The notes under the pieces were generated by a model. It did not search any database and was not told the origin of the DNA. It saw only the letters and a program-made list of their open reading frames with translations. From positions 384,102 to 448,101 of the forward strand of contig NW_004797808.1 in NCBI RefSeq assembly GCF_000002075.1: 64,000 nt of DNA, read 5' to 3'. Positions 23,379-36,087 of the stretch are shown piece after piece. Each line of letters starts with the position of its first letter. Position 1 is the first letter of the stretch. The position numbers and the translations under genes were made by a program. The stretch is from Aplysia californica. Lineage: Eukaryota.

Positions 23379-24204
23379 CAGTGGCGGTGGGTAGTGAAGG
23401 GCTTACGGGCTTGAGCCCCTCACCCCGTCCCCACCCCAACTCTATCCCTTAGTTCATGAAAGTTTCTTAAATAACAAAATCAACAGTTGAAACCGTTGTG
23501 ATCGCACAAGGATCGCACACAGTGAACACACAGTTATCAGCTTGCGGCTTGCCCGTTTATCCAATCATTATTGTCACCGCTTACAACTATAGTAACCTAA
23601 CAGCCAATCAAATGTCGTTAGGGCTCAGAAAGAATAAGCCGGTTCCCACGCCCGTCTTTAATTAAACTCTTCTTGTAAAAAGGTAGAAGACTTTAAAAAA
23701 ATAACACTGCACAGCGGGCTCACGCTCTCCCAGCCCAGACAATGGGGTGAAAGTTTACGACACACTTTCCCCCAGTGACACAGATACCTATACGCTCATT
23801 GGGCCTTTGTTAGGCGCGTTCTATTTTCCGCAACAACACAACCCAATCTACCTCATAGACGGTATGTGTTTGGAGTGCTGTGTGTTTGTGCCGCTGAGAT
23901 TTAACAGCTATTAATTACATCAAAGCAGTTTTGAGGCAACTTTTTCTTCAGATAAAAACTAATTAGAGAAATTTGGAGGTGAAACGTCTTCGTCACCACC
24001 ATCCTGAAGAGCTTAAATTTAACTAAGGACAAAGAGTTGGAAGACAAAGGTAACTCTTCTCGTTTGAATGGTTCTCAAAATGCCGTGGCTCGCCGTGAGT
24101 ATAGAAAAACTATCACTGTTTTGTTCTTATTGCTTGCTTTTTGGTGGTAAAGAAGTGGAAGAAACCTAAGCCCCACCCAAATCTTGGTCCACCCACCGCC
24201 ACTG
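23379..24204. mobile_element. hAT-type MITE
   Basis: TIRs CAGTGGCGGTGGGT / ACCCACCGCCACTG; 8-bp TSD CTTACCCT/CTTACCCC. Confidence 0.85.
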
Positions 24205-24368
24205 CTTACCCCCCAGCTAGAGCTCGCTCGATCTCTCCCGCTGTACCTGAGTTCGGGCCTTTCCGGGTCTACAGGAACCTTGACACAGACTTACAGCCTA
24301 GCTTCTGATCTAGTACTAGTATAAATTTTCAATTTGAATTATCGGTAACGTAAAGTTAATCTGGGTTT

Positions 24369-24737
24369 TAGTTTTAGTAAAACTTTTACGGCACCTGCAA
24401 CACTATAACTATAAGGTCATATAAGAGCCGAAGATTAGATGAGTTTCAAGAGAGTTTAGTTCAGTAAAGAGTTTTACGGCACTTGCAACACAATAAGGTC
24501 ATATAAGTGCCGAAGATTAGAGGTGTTACAAGAGAGTAACAACAAACGTAAAAAAGGAGGAGAGATAAGGACGATAGATGTTTAAGAGGAAAGAAGGAGC
24601 AAACCACACCAGAGCACCCGCCAACCACCCACGTTTCAAGAGAGTAATAAAAAAAACAACAACAAAAAAACGAGGAGAGATCAGGACCATAGGGGTTTTA
24701 TAGGAAAGAAGGAGCAAACCACACCAGGGCACCCACC
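24369..24737 (-). mobile_element. Family A copy containing a second family A copy (24456-24632)
   Basis: Outer TSD ATCTGGGTTT; inner TSD GTTTCAAGAGAGT (24443-24455 / 24633-24645). Confidence 0.85.
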
Positions 24738-25289
24738 ATCTGGGTTTGCATTTGTACACACACACACGCAGAGAAAGAGACTCAAAACTCTCATGTACAT
24801 GTAAATCACCCCCCACTTTTCAAACACATATCACACAGCAGAATCATTTCTCTTGACTTGACGTTGGGCAGGCGGGGCTATTTAAGAGTGGAAACCCTGT
24901 TAAACTAACTTTAACTTCCAGCCCTGCTTTTCCACTAACTTCACATTGGCCCCAAGGGTGGGACTATAAGGAGGTTTGACTGCACACAGCAGACAAAAAT
25001 GCTTACAATACAGGGATGCACATTCCAACACATCTGGGCATGTTAAGGAACTCGAATGTCAACCCCAACTCAAAGAGTACTGGCCTGCTTGGGTGGGTAC
25101 AGCCCATCTCCCATTCCAACAGATGAATGAAATTAACACTTTTGTCCCACAGGGATGAATCAAGCTGCCTTCTGTCTCTTCATTATTGCTGTCCCACTTT
25201 CTAGTGGAGAACTTGGTAAACAACACACCCCTATATTACATTTAGTAACATTTCATAAACAAACAAAAACTACAAAATTGTATTCAAAG

Positions 25290-25295
25290 TTTATT
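25290..25295 (-). terminator. Candidate COX6A polyadenylation signal
   Basis: TTTATT on + (AATAAA on -) ~280 nt after the stop codon. Confidence 0.55.
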
Positions 25296-25574
25296 TCACA
25301 ATAACTGGGTTCATTGTACCGTACTCATTAAAATCAAACACAAACCAAATGTTCTACAGCATACATACAAGGCCAATATTCTTTATCATTGGTGGTAACG
25401 ACCAAAACCAAAACTTCGAAACGTTCATCCAATAGCAATGGACGCCCACTGTGGGTGAACATGGACTCTTGACCTGTTCTGTATTGACCTGTGGCAATCA
25501 CGTCTCTTCATGTCCATTCACAGCACAGGCATACTCTCGCTAAGTTCATCACCAGGGATGGAGGCTACGGGCAC

Positions 25575-28500
25575 TCAGTGGTGGCCTCCATGCAGAGCTT
25601 CACTGCCTTCTTCATAGCCCTCCGGCAACGCGTTGTAATAGCCATTGTGGAACAGGGAGTGGTTGCCATCTGACCATGGGAAGGGCTGAAAAAGACAAAG
25701 TGTCACCAAATTTTATTTTATGAACAAAAAACAAAACCATTCAGATTGGGACTATAATAGAGAGCATGTAAGTTCTTTTTTAAAGTTTTAGTAGAGGTTT
25801 TACTGCACTCGCAACTGCATAAGGTCATATGAGCGCCAGAAGATTAGAGGTGTTACAAGGGAGTAACAAACATAAAAAAGAACGAGGGGAGAAAAGGACA
25901 ATTGATATTTGATTGGAGAGAAGAAGCAAACCACACCAGAGCACCTGCCAATCGCCCACTGTAAGTTCTTACACGACAATTTTTAAAAAGTTTCATTCTG
26001 CAAAACCCACCACCTTCGACTGAGGACGGAGGGTGGGAAAATCTGACAAGACCTAGCTAGACAAAAGCGCAGGGTTTTGTACAATGCTCTTCAGCAGCAG
26101 TAGCCTAGAACTTGTTTTCAGTAATGTCGGACAAAAGAAGCAATAAAACAATCAACTTGTCGTAGGCCTACTGGTTTCAGTAAATAAATCCGAACTTTCT
26201 GCTCATTCTGGCAGTGGAAAATCAGCAGTGTTGCAGACCTGCTATAGTCATGCAAACAGCGTACTAAATTTTCTGATTGTTCATCACGTCACATGTAGGC
26301 TACTCGTATACAACGGAACTAATAAAATGCACAATATAGCAAGAAAACAAAATCCATCCAGCAATCACTTGTAAGGGACCCATCTAAGAAAATGACCTCC
26401 TTTCCCATATAGTTGAAATAATCATTACACTAAACTACACAAAAACGAGTGTCAAATATTCTGCATGGCGGCACCCAGTCTTTCCTGAACAGCTGTCATA
26501 ATCTAGCTCCAGAAACTAATAAATGTTCAAAATAAATATGACAAATTTCTGTTCCATATGAAAGGCACATCAATCTCTTGAGAATTTTGGCGTCAATCTT
26601 TTACCTCTTAGTCAGTTTTTTAAATAAAAAGTGGCAGCCATGAAATGTGTGAAACGCTCGCAAATTGGCTGCAACCCCATGTTGGACAGACAATAAAGCA
26701 GTAGCTTACCCGCAGTACCAAACATCCACATACAAATGAACATAGTACAATCACAGTAATGCAGATTTGGAGCCTAATTTTTCTCCAAGCCTTTGAGACC
26801 ATTGCAAATGAGTGTTTTATTGCCCCAAACATGTTCCTTTGTATTTTAGGCAAAAACACTGAGTCCTATCCCAACCAGAGGCACACCGCCATCTGTAGCG
26901 AGCGGTACGGTCCTATATTATACTGTGTACAAACTGCTCCATGTTGCGAGGTCTTAACATTTTTGGAGTTCTAAAGAAGGGAGGAGGCAAAATTTTCCAA
27001 AGCTGATGACATTATCCCATCTTTCTATTGGTGCCTTTAAAAAAAAAGTATTTTACAAAGAGTGAAACCCTGTTATACCGCCTACACCGGGACCAGCATT
27101 TAGCTGGCGGTACAACCAGGTTTTCATGTCCCCTTTTAAATACATGGACCACCGCTTGACCAAAGTCAAGGTGACTTGTTAACCAATCACTACATGAATT
27201 AATAATGAGCTATAAAAATCCCTTTGGACTGTCACTTGAGAGTGAGTCCTTACTAAATAAAACATAAAAGCCCCACGGGCATTCCCCTGTTTGTAAGCTA
27301 TTGAGTTGATATATAGGTCGCCCTTTAAAGTTTCTTCAGACAACTTAAAATTTAATTCCACTTTTTAAAAATACAGTCGAACCTGAGTAAGACGGCCACC
27401 CATTGTCAAGGAGAAAAGAGGCCGTTTAAGGCAGGACTGATCAAGATGAAGAAAACAAACCATTACTTTCTGAGGTCCCAACCAAAAGTAGCCGCATTGT
27501 TGTTGTTGATATTGTTTTTGTTTTCGCTGGGGGGGGGGGGTCTTTTGTTGCTGCTTTTGTGCAAGGGTGACAATAAAACGAAATGGACTGATCTCGTGCT
27601 ATGGTAAAACAAACACACGGGTAGCCACCACTCGGAGAATGAACGACGCTTCCGTCACAAGTTCATGTTTACGTCCATTGTTACCTTTGTTACAGACTGG
27701 GTAAACAGTGACCACTCATCTCACTTACGATTTGTGTATGAGTTCTGGGCGGGGCTTATGGGTTTTGAGGGATCGCATGCTTACCTCACCAGCAGCTGAA
27801 AATTTGTTACCTATAGTTCAACTGTGGGAGGGGCCTACGCAACATGAATCGGTTGGATGGACTACCTAACAACGCCAGGGGCCAATGCATATATTTATGA
27901 CAAAACGTAATGGCGTCACTAAGGAGGCCGTCTAAGACAGGTGTTATTGTTTGGTGTGATAGGGGTTGTGTGTTAAAGTATGGTGGCCGCGGCCGCCTTG
28001 GACAGGTGCCCGTTTTACACAATTAAATTATATAGAAAAAAAAGGAAAGGGGGGAAATGGAAAGTGGCTGTTTGTACAGGTGGCCGTCAGGGCAGGTTCA
28101 ACTGTATTGACCAATAAAAATAAAAGCATTTTCATAACCAGCTTGTCAAATTTATTCGAATTCACGTGGGGAGCAAAATTTAATGCTTAATTAAGTAATA
28201 TTTTATTTCAATTGTACTCTTCTATGTAACACATTGTATTGCATTCACTTGTGGTACATTACATCACTGTAGCTCTATCTATAGGCCTATTGTTTGAAAT
28301 CTACAAGACAAGGCTGGGGAGGAGAGATGAGTTGGGAGGGAGCAAATCGGTGAAAAGTATTTTGATCTAGACCTAGACCACAGAGACATCTGTGAGAGAT
28401 TGTCAAGCAACCACCCATTGGATGTGCCATGCGCCTTGTGTAGCCTAACGTGTACTGTGTACTTCCAGCGGCCAGTTCATGGCAGTACAGCAGAGTAAAT

Positions 28501-31500
28501 TTAGAGCAGTTTAATAAGGACCATACAAGTGAGAGAGTTGGCGGCGTAAAGGCTCAAATACTATGTTTATATTACATTGGCCAAACCTGGCGGTAAGTGG
28601 GGTTGGCGGTACGATGAGGTTTGACTGTATTTCCCGTAAAAAGTATACCACTGGAAACACTGTTCAAAGCTCTATTGTTCTCTTCCAATGAAAAGACGGT
28701 ATTTGATCATCTATCTTTCTGCAAACCATTCAAATGCACTGGTGTCAATTTTGAACCAGCTGACCTTCCATTCCGACTTTGAGGGGCTTCTCTTTCCATG
28801 GCGATTTTCCAGCTCCAAATACAAGAACAACACAAATAACCTACACCATCATATTGAGGAAAAGCTGAACCTTTTAATATACAATACTGTGTTTTATAGC
28901 AAAAAAGCAAACCCCCCACATTAAGCAATCAGACTTACTACAATTTTACCGAAACCACATGCTCAGAACGCTGCACAGTTTTTACGATACCTACATAAAA
29001 AAATCCAACATCAGTGCTCTCTTAATCAACAAGCCAGTAGCTACAACTATAACTGGAAAACTTTGCAACATAAATCAACTATCAAACTTACTTTTGCTCT
29101 AATCCTAAGATGAGGATAGGCTACAAACTCGTCTCTCTCTGGGTGCTGGGGCATAATGTAGTATGAATTGTAGTACACTAGAGCAACGGCAGGGGCCCCA
29201 AGGAAGAAGAAGGCGCTCTTCCACCTTTTGGCACTCTCTGGGGAAAAAAAAAATAATTATCAGATGCCCAGCATAATGAAAAAAACAATGACTATGATAA
29301 TTTGACATGGAAGCTTCCTGGACAAAAGATCATATAGCCTCACTATTCCAAGGTGAGCAATGTCAAAAACTGGTTACACTTCTCCAAGGGAAAATACTGA
29401 TCATGAGTTCAATTCTATTTCAAGCAGCAATGGCACCTTCAGGATACACAAAAAACAGGTTTGATAGCTTGAATAAAAGTAGCAGTAGTTAAAGTGGGGG
29501 AGAAATTTGCTGAGAGTGAAAGTCCGCAAAAATCGCCCTGATCAAGGGGCTCTCAGCTCCAAGTGGGCTGGCTTGGATAGGAGTGAGAATTTTTATCATA
29601 ATCTACACCGTATTAGAGGTTTTGTAACAAAAACCATATTGAAGTATATGATAATATACAGACTGTACTAATACTAGTGAGGACATTGGGAGAATATTTT
29701 TGAGGGGTGACTTTAAAATATAACATACAAAAGCTCATCAAAACTAGGGCAATAAACAGCCATGTATCTCAAGGCTAAGCCTTCAAAACTTCCCACAACA
29801 CTTGCCATGCCTCATGGCCACCATTCTTTATCGAAGTGACTATTCCCAGTGACACTGGGGATAGGTACAGAAACTATTCCCAGTGACAACGGAACTCTTT
29901 TGCATAAAAAAATCAGAACTAGATCTAGAACAAAGAAGAATCGAGAAGAATTTCTACCTGTCCTGTAACATGGTTTCCAAAATTTGTAGATCTATGTAGA
30001 TCTAGATGTACATTTAAATTACGACTGCATAACAAGCAAGCATAGAATGATCATTCCTTTTTCTTAAAAAAAATTCTTTCACTCACATCAGAATCTACTT
30101 AAATTTAGTTTAATTAGATCTAGAATCTAGATCTAGAACAACATTAGATAAAGTCTAGTATTTGTAACCCATCACCATCATGCCCATGTAGATCAGCGTG
30201 GGAACAATAGATATAATGGGCCGGTCTGTTCTCAGTGTCAGTGGGAATAGTGCTTTCCATTCTTTATTCTTCCTGTGACAAGGTGAACAAAAAGTAACCC
30301 CAACTCTTGTATAGTTTGCTCAGTGGACCGTGTCACAGTAAATGCCGGCCCTCTGCGGAACTTCTCCCCAATTATTACCAGACAGGATTCACCTTCAACA
30401 AATGAATAAAACACATTTCAAACTCAGGCAAACTGGAAGATTTCACCATGTCTCACTCAATGCCCCAGCCCCTCAACTACCAGATCTTACATTTGATAAC
30501 ATCAGATGGTTTGGTCAGTGAAGGAGACATTCTACTCATCGAAAAAAAGCTGCTTTAACCACAGTACGTCTAACTTCAAAGTAATTCAAAATGATCCATA
30601 GTTCTTTATATGATCAATGTGTTACCTGGCAATCTGATAGTGATAGAAGTAGAAGAGAGAGTCATGTTGAATTTCACGAGCCGATAGTTGGAGAACATTT
30701 GGAGTACGCCATTGCCCAATATTTTAAGTAACAGCCATCTTGTTTGAGTCATAAAATAGTGTACTTCATTCACACACACACACAAAAAAAGAAGTTCCAG
30801 ACCTAGGCTAGATCTACTGTCTCACTGTCAGATCTAGGAAAAAAATGTTGAGTAAAAAAAGCTCTTTTTTCATTTTAGCAAAGTGTTATGATAATGCTCA
30901 TTATATTATGTATGTTAACTCTTGTCCTGCGCCTGTGCTGAGATGCGAATTTTATCAGCAACTGATTACATCGGACGTTCCAGGCAGGTCGCCGGGGTCA
31001 CTCAGTGTGTACTGTTGGTGTACAGCGTGCCCGCCGGGAAACGTGTGTTTTCACCATGAATACAGTGGGAGTGTGTTAATCGATGATGAAAATAACGCTC
31101 TATCTTTCATAGCTTTCTATTTATAAAGTGTTACAAACACATGAATAACCCCCTCTCACAAGCTGATAAGACATTACAAGTAGTTACGCCCTTTCGAATT
31201 TACCTTTCTAGACGCTCTTGTTGTTATTAATGACCTGAGGTTTGAAAGGGGATAATATAGGTCAATTTCCGAATGTTTTGCACTCAAATTGTTCTTTGTA
31301 CCTGCACAATGGTATTCAAAACTATCAAAAAAGCTTATTTTTTATCAGGTAGTATCATTTCATGCAAAATCAAGCTCAATTGAAAGGCTTTGTATAGAGA
31401 AAAATGGAAGTCTTGTTTCCTGACTATCCTTTTGAGCTCCTCATGTCTAAGTCGGTAAATTTCTTCTATAATTTCATTGGACAAACATCTAAATTTAGAT

Positions 31501-33897
31501 TTAGAGCTACCAACTTGGTGTGTTTTGAATGAGACGTATGCCTCGATTACGAACCAATGCAGGCAGTTCTAGAAGAAGGCCACAAATGCACACAACCCTC
31601 AAGCAGACTGACGCACACACACTTGACCTGCATGAATGGGGATCCGACTCGGGACCCGAATTTCACGTAAGATGAAGCGCGGTGCGCGTGCCCTGAGCCA
31701 GGGGCTACACTGACTCGGGACCAGAATGTAGGCGAGGTGCCGAAATAGGCTTATCGGGCGACATAAACCCGGCCCCTGCAGGATGAGGGTTAAAGAATAG
31801 GTCAAACAAAATGGCTGTTACTAAAAATATCGGACAGTGGCGTACTCCTGATTATGTTCTCCAACTAGAATCTAGATAGATCTAGAGATCTAAACTATCG
31901 AGAGAACTTCCGTAACGAGCGACCACTATGAGACAGAGCAGAATTGAGGGCTAGGGGTAGGGGTAGATCTAGGGGTAGAGGTAGAGGTAGGTTTAGGGTT
32001 TGGGTTAGGCCTCTTCTTTATGGCCACCTCTATTCTCACCCTAGCGCAGGCGAGTCTTTTGGCTATTCTCACGCGGTGGGCGTTCACCGTTATAGTATAG
32101 CCTAGGCCAACCAGTTAAGCGTTCACCCTGAGCCACAGAATTCTACACTCTCTCTCTTTAGCTATCTCTATCTTATAAAACGTTCTAATTACTACTGTTA
32201 GTGTTAGCCTAAAAGCATGCAATTTTGTCTGTGGGCAGTGGAGAGAGAGAAAGAGAGAGAGAGAGAGGAGTAGCGCAAGAACTTCCGGGCAAAACAAAAT
32301 GCGACCCGCATAGCTATGCTCGATTCGGAAAGTTAAACAGCCGTAGCATCTTTGTACACGACCAAATTAATTTACTTTTGTGTTTTAACATCATTTTTAA
32401 ACTTTGTTTTGGTCAAGTTGATCGTCCGCACCGATAGACAGTATTCAGAAAGAGACAGAGAGAGAGAGAGAGAGAGAGAGGGGAGGAGTAGATCTTGCGA
32501 GAACTTCTGGGCAAAACAAAATGGCGACCCGCGTAGTTCGGCTCGATTCGAAAAGTGAAATAGCCATAGCATCTTTGAAGACGATCAAATTAGCTTACTT
32601 TTGTGCTATAACGTAATTTTTTCTTGGCTTTTATCAATGGGAGTGTATACACTCCCGGTTACCGGGAACAAAGTCACAAAGTATACAGACCCGGTAGGGG
32701 AACTCTGTTGTGATTTCGGAGAGTTTCAGCGCCCTCTTGGCTCAGGGTAGACCTAGGTTCTTCTAGATCTATGGTCTAGATCTAGACAGACATAAATCTT
32801 TGATCTAGTTTCGCGGCTAGCCTAGATCTAGATCTAAATGAAGATTGCGGATGTCTTTTCGATGAACGATCGTTTTTCCTCCGTTTTGGAGCAGGAGGAA
32901 TCACGATTTGAAGTAAAGAACAATGTCATAATTTCAATCAAGAAGCAGTCACCCTCTCTATTTCTCTGCCTCTCTCCCCCCCCCCCCCCCTACTGGGTGT
33001 GTGTATCGCTCGCCTTCTCTTTTTCTTTGTTTGTCTCCGTCTTTCTTTGTCCCCACCTATTTCCCACTCTATCTTTCTCTCGTTCCCTCCTGCCAACTGG
33101 GGCATGTCACATTTTGCTAGCACCTCTCTCTCTCTCTCACACACTCACTCTCTAGATTTTTCTACCGGGTCTGGGCGCTGAAACTTCCCGAAATCACAAA
33201 AGAGTTCCCCTACCGGGTCTGTATACTTCGTGACTTTGTTCCCGGTTACCGGGTCTGTATTACTGTATACACTTTGTTTCAGTTTATCAATTTGATCATC
33301 CACACCGAAATGAGGAATAACAGGTCTTGTTTCACACTGGGTGAGAATAGCCTACGCTGGCAAGTCTCACCCGGGGTGAGAGGTAGATCGTATTTCTATT
33401 CTCACCCCGGGTGAGAATAGCCACTTCCCTTCTTTATTGTGTTTGAGTTTGATGGGGTGGTCGCTCGTTATGGCTGTTTTATGGCATGGAAGTCTTTCCA
33501 ACCAATCTATTGGCTTTGAATTTCAAGCAGATTTCTCTGGTGAGCAGAAATTGTCAGGTCACTGACAAGATCATCTAATCTACTCTAGGTCTGAGTCTGA
33601 TGGAGGTCGGTCTGGGGCGTTGAGACTGCACACTACTGTGAGCCTGTCGTCCCTGCCCCTCTTGCTCTTGGACCTGCACTCTTGTCCTTGCTGATTGCGA
33701 CTGCATGTCCAGAGGATAGGGGTAAAAACAGCAGAACAATCAGGGGATAATTTAAAATATACCTTTAGCTGATGAACATATGGATCTAGAATCTAAGTCT
33801 TACCATGGCCATGCTCCCCAGCTTGAGCTGAATAAAATCTTCGGCAAGTGCGAAGAGCAACATTCAGACGATTCAGAGTAGCCATCCTGGTCGCCAT
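25575..33897 (-). CDS. COX6A: Cytochrome c oxidase subunit 6A, mitochondrial (3 exons, 116 aa)
   Basis: Exons 33897-33804, 29237-29092, 25685-25575, phases 1 and 0. [98 protein letters not shown]: transit peptide plus COX6A signatures YPHLRIR.KPFPW.DG..SLFHN. Confidence 0.96.
25778..25959 (-). mobile_element. Short retroposon family A copy
   Basis: Perfect 11-bp TSD TGTAAGTTCTT (25767-25777 / 25960-25970). Confidence 0.88.
26440..28993. mobile_element. Non-autonomous DNA element X (homologous to 53171-54140) split by nested MITEs 27060-28628 and 27374-28104
   Basis: Both halves align by eye to the uninterrupted copy at 53.2-54.1 kb; inner MITE ends TACAGTCGAACC/GGTTCAACTGTA; middle MITE right end GGTTTGACTGTA; left boundary approximate. 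Confidence 0.7.
30919..31789. mobile_element. piggyBac-like MITE
   Basis: TTAA at both ends; imperfect TIRs CTCTTGTCCTGC / GCAGGATGAGGG. Confidence 0.6.
31904..33477. mobile_element. TIR element containing a ~220-bp direct duplication and a nested foldback
   Basis: TIRs CCGTAACGAGCGACCAC / GTGGTCGCTCGTTATGG; subterminal CTATTCTCACC motifs; duplicated block ~32250-32400 / 32460-32620. Confidence 0.6.
32640..33280. mobile_element. Foldback element with ~90-bp inverted repeats (MULE-like?)
   Basis: CCCGGTTACCGGGAACAAAGTCAC...TTTCAGCGCCC mirrored at ~33173-33253; possible TSD TTTATCAAT. Confidence 0.7.
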
Positions 33898-34331
33898 TTT
33901 GTCTTCCCTGTCAGGGTCAATTTTCAAAAAACAAGAACTGTTACGGTCCCGCACGTAAAAAAAGAAACGAAACATACTTTTATGAATTTATTTTGTATTC
34001 ATTATTACATGACAATTGTTTCTGTATGATTTATTCAAGATCTACAATTAACCAATTGTTTTGTCTCTTTTGGTACAATTATATTAAAAAGAAAACTCAT
34101 TATTTGGCAGTACAAGCTTATACATTCACTTTGCTTCGCGGATTAGATCATTTTCATTTGGAGTTTAAATTCTTAGACGATTAGTACAAAACAAGGATCA
34201 TTTTATTGTAAACAAGTTGGCTAAATTATGATTTCGCAAGTCCATTCACATACACTCTCTGAAGATTACGCGTAGGCCTACTCTTGGTCTGTGTGATTGT
34301 CACAAAGTCCAGTCCTTGTGTGAAAGTAAAG
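33890..34331. promoter_or_regulatory. Putative bidirectional promoter COX6A/CHFR with candidate non-coding CHFR exon 1 (donor at 34332)
   Basis: Divergent genes; YY1-like CAAAATGGCGAC overlapping the COX6A ATG (-); AAG|GTAGGC donor at 34331/34332; the CHFR ATG exon has an acceptor at 36065. Confidence 0.5.
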
Positions 34332-36087
34332 GTAGGCCTAATTTTTATCTACCTGATTCTAATGAAGACTAGTACAGCCCCTTACCCTACAAGCCTACAC
34401 TACACTACTACACTAGTGACTAGTGACTAGATCTCTCTGTCTCTAGTGACTACACCACAACCACACCTATCAATCGAACCAACCCCTGGTGACCTACCTA
34501 GTCCCTACCTAGTCCCTACCTAAGCCTAAGCCTACTCACACCCCTGTCCCTGCCCTTGCCCATGCCCTTGCCCATACCTCTCCTCTACCCTACCCTACCT
34601 CTACCTCTAACTAATCTGACCCGAACACCACAATGTTATGTTAACATCAATATTCCAGTGCTCTTGACGACTCTTGAGGCCAAAACCGGAGGTTGCCAAC
34701 ATCAGTCCATCCTTGAACTTGAACACTTTTTTTTTCATGTTCACTCGGATCAGGCTACTTTATTCCAGAACTATATGGTCTTCAGAGATGGATTGTATTC
34801 TTAAAATGTATAGTGCTAAAGAAGGATGGCTACCATCATTGAAAAAGTCAAGTCAAAGTTAGAGGTTACAGAGTGTTATGTAAGATTTTTGCATACAAAA
34901 GCGGGTATTTTTTTGCCCTCCCTCCCGTCTCTCACTTAGCTGCCAGTTGTCCATTTTCTACTAAATATTAATATGCTGAACACGAATATCAACTTCATGT
35001 CCGTCACAAATTAATAATTTTTAAAATATCCGATTGTTCTTTTTAAATCGAGATATAGACGTGCTTTGGACCAATCAGGGGGTTCCAGGGGGGCCTGCCC
35101 ACCCTGAGGTAAAAGTAAATCTGGGGGGTTATAGGAGGGCATGCCCCCCTGTTTTAAACCATAATTTGATATTTTACAGTTAGATTTGAAATTTTCCTAA
35201 GAATAAAATTGATTTGCTGCAGTTTTAGTGGCTTTATGTATGATCTGCAGCAAACAGTACTGCAGTTTGACCCCCGAAGCAGTGCATCTGTGTGCGGGAG
35301 TGAAAGTAAAAATTTACCCAAAAGCGATTTATAATCAAGCTTAAATTCATATTGAACTTGTTTCTGTACAAGGTAAGATGGAATTTATCATATATGAATG
35401 AGAAACAGGTCTATCAGTGATGAAAAAGTACATTCAAGGCAGGGCATTCAAATCTTAAAGATGACCATGGCTGTGGGTGCCGTAGTCTTCTGTGACAGGC
35501 AATAAAATCAGAAACCGGTCATTTCTTATATGTGTGACGAAATGACTTCACTTATCTCTCCAAAATTGTTAAATGCTAGTAGAAAATAGCCCACCCTCCA
35601 CCCCTCCCACCAATGACACAACTCAACAAAACTCACCCAGTTATGAACAGTGTAGCTGATAGGCACGACGACTTACTCCCTCCCCCCTTCTGTCCTTTCA
35701 CACACCACCCAACCCTCCCCCAAAAGTCATGATTTGCGATTGCCATGACAATGAGTGTTTGATGTTTGCAAATGTGTGACGAAATTACCATCTCCATTTA
35801 ACCTTGTGGATTTGTGGTAATACGAGATGACTGTGATATAATCTTGACTACACCGATGTGATGATATGACTGTGTGACGGAATGGCTGGAATCAATAAAA
35901 GCATTGCAGGTGCTGATGCTTTGATTTACAAGTGAGGACAGGCAGCTTCCTGAAAATTCATGATTTGGCTGTCGATCTTGACATCTGGAAGACAGATGTT
36001 CATGGAATAGTGTTTGAAGAGCTGACTTATTTATTTTAGAATTTTCAACCTTTGATCTATTACAGGTCTACCTCAGTTGCCATCACA

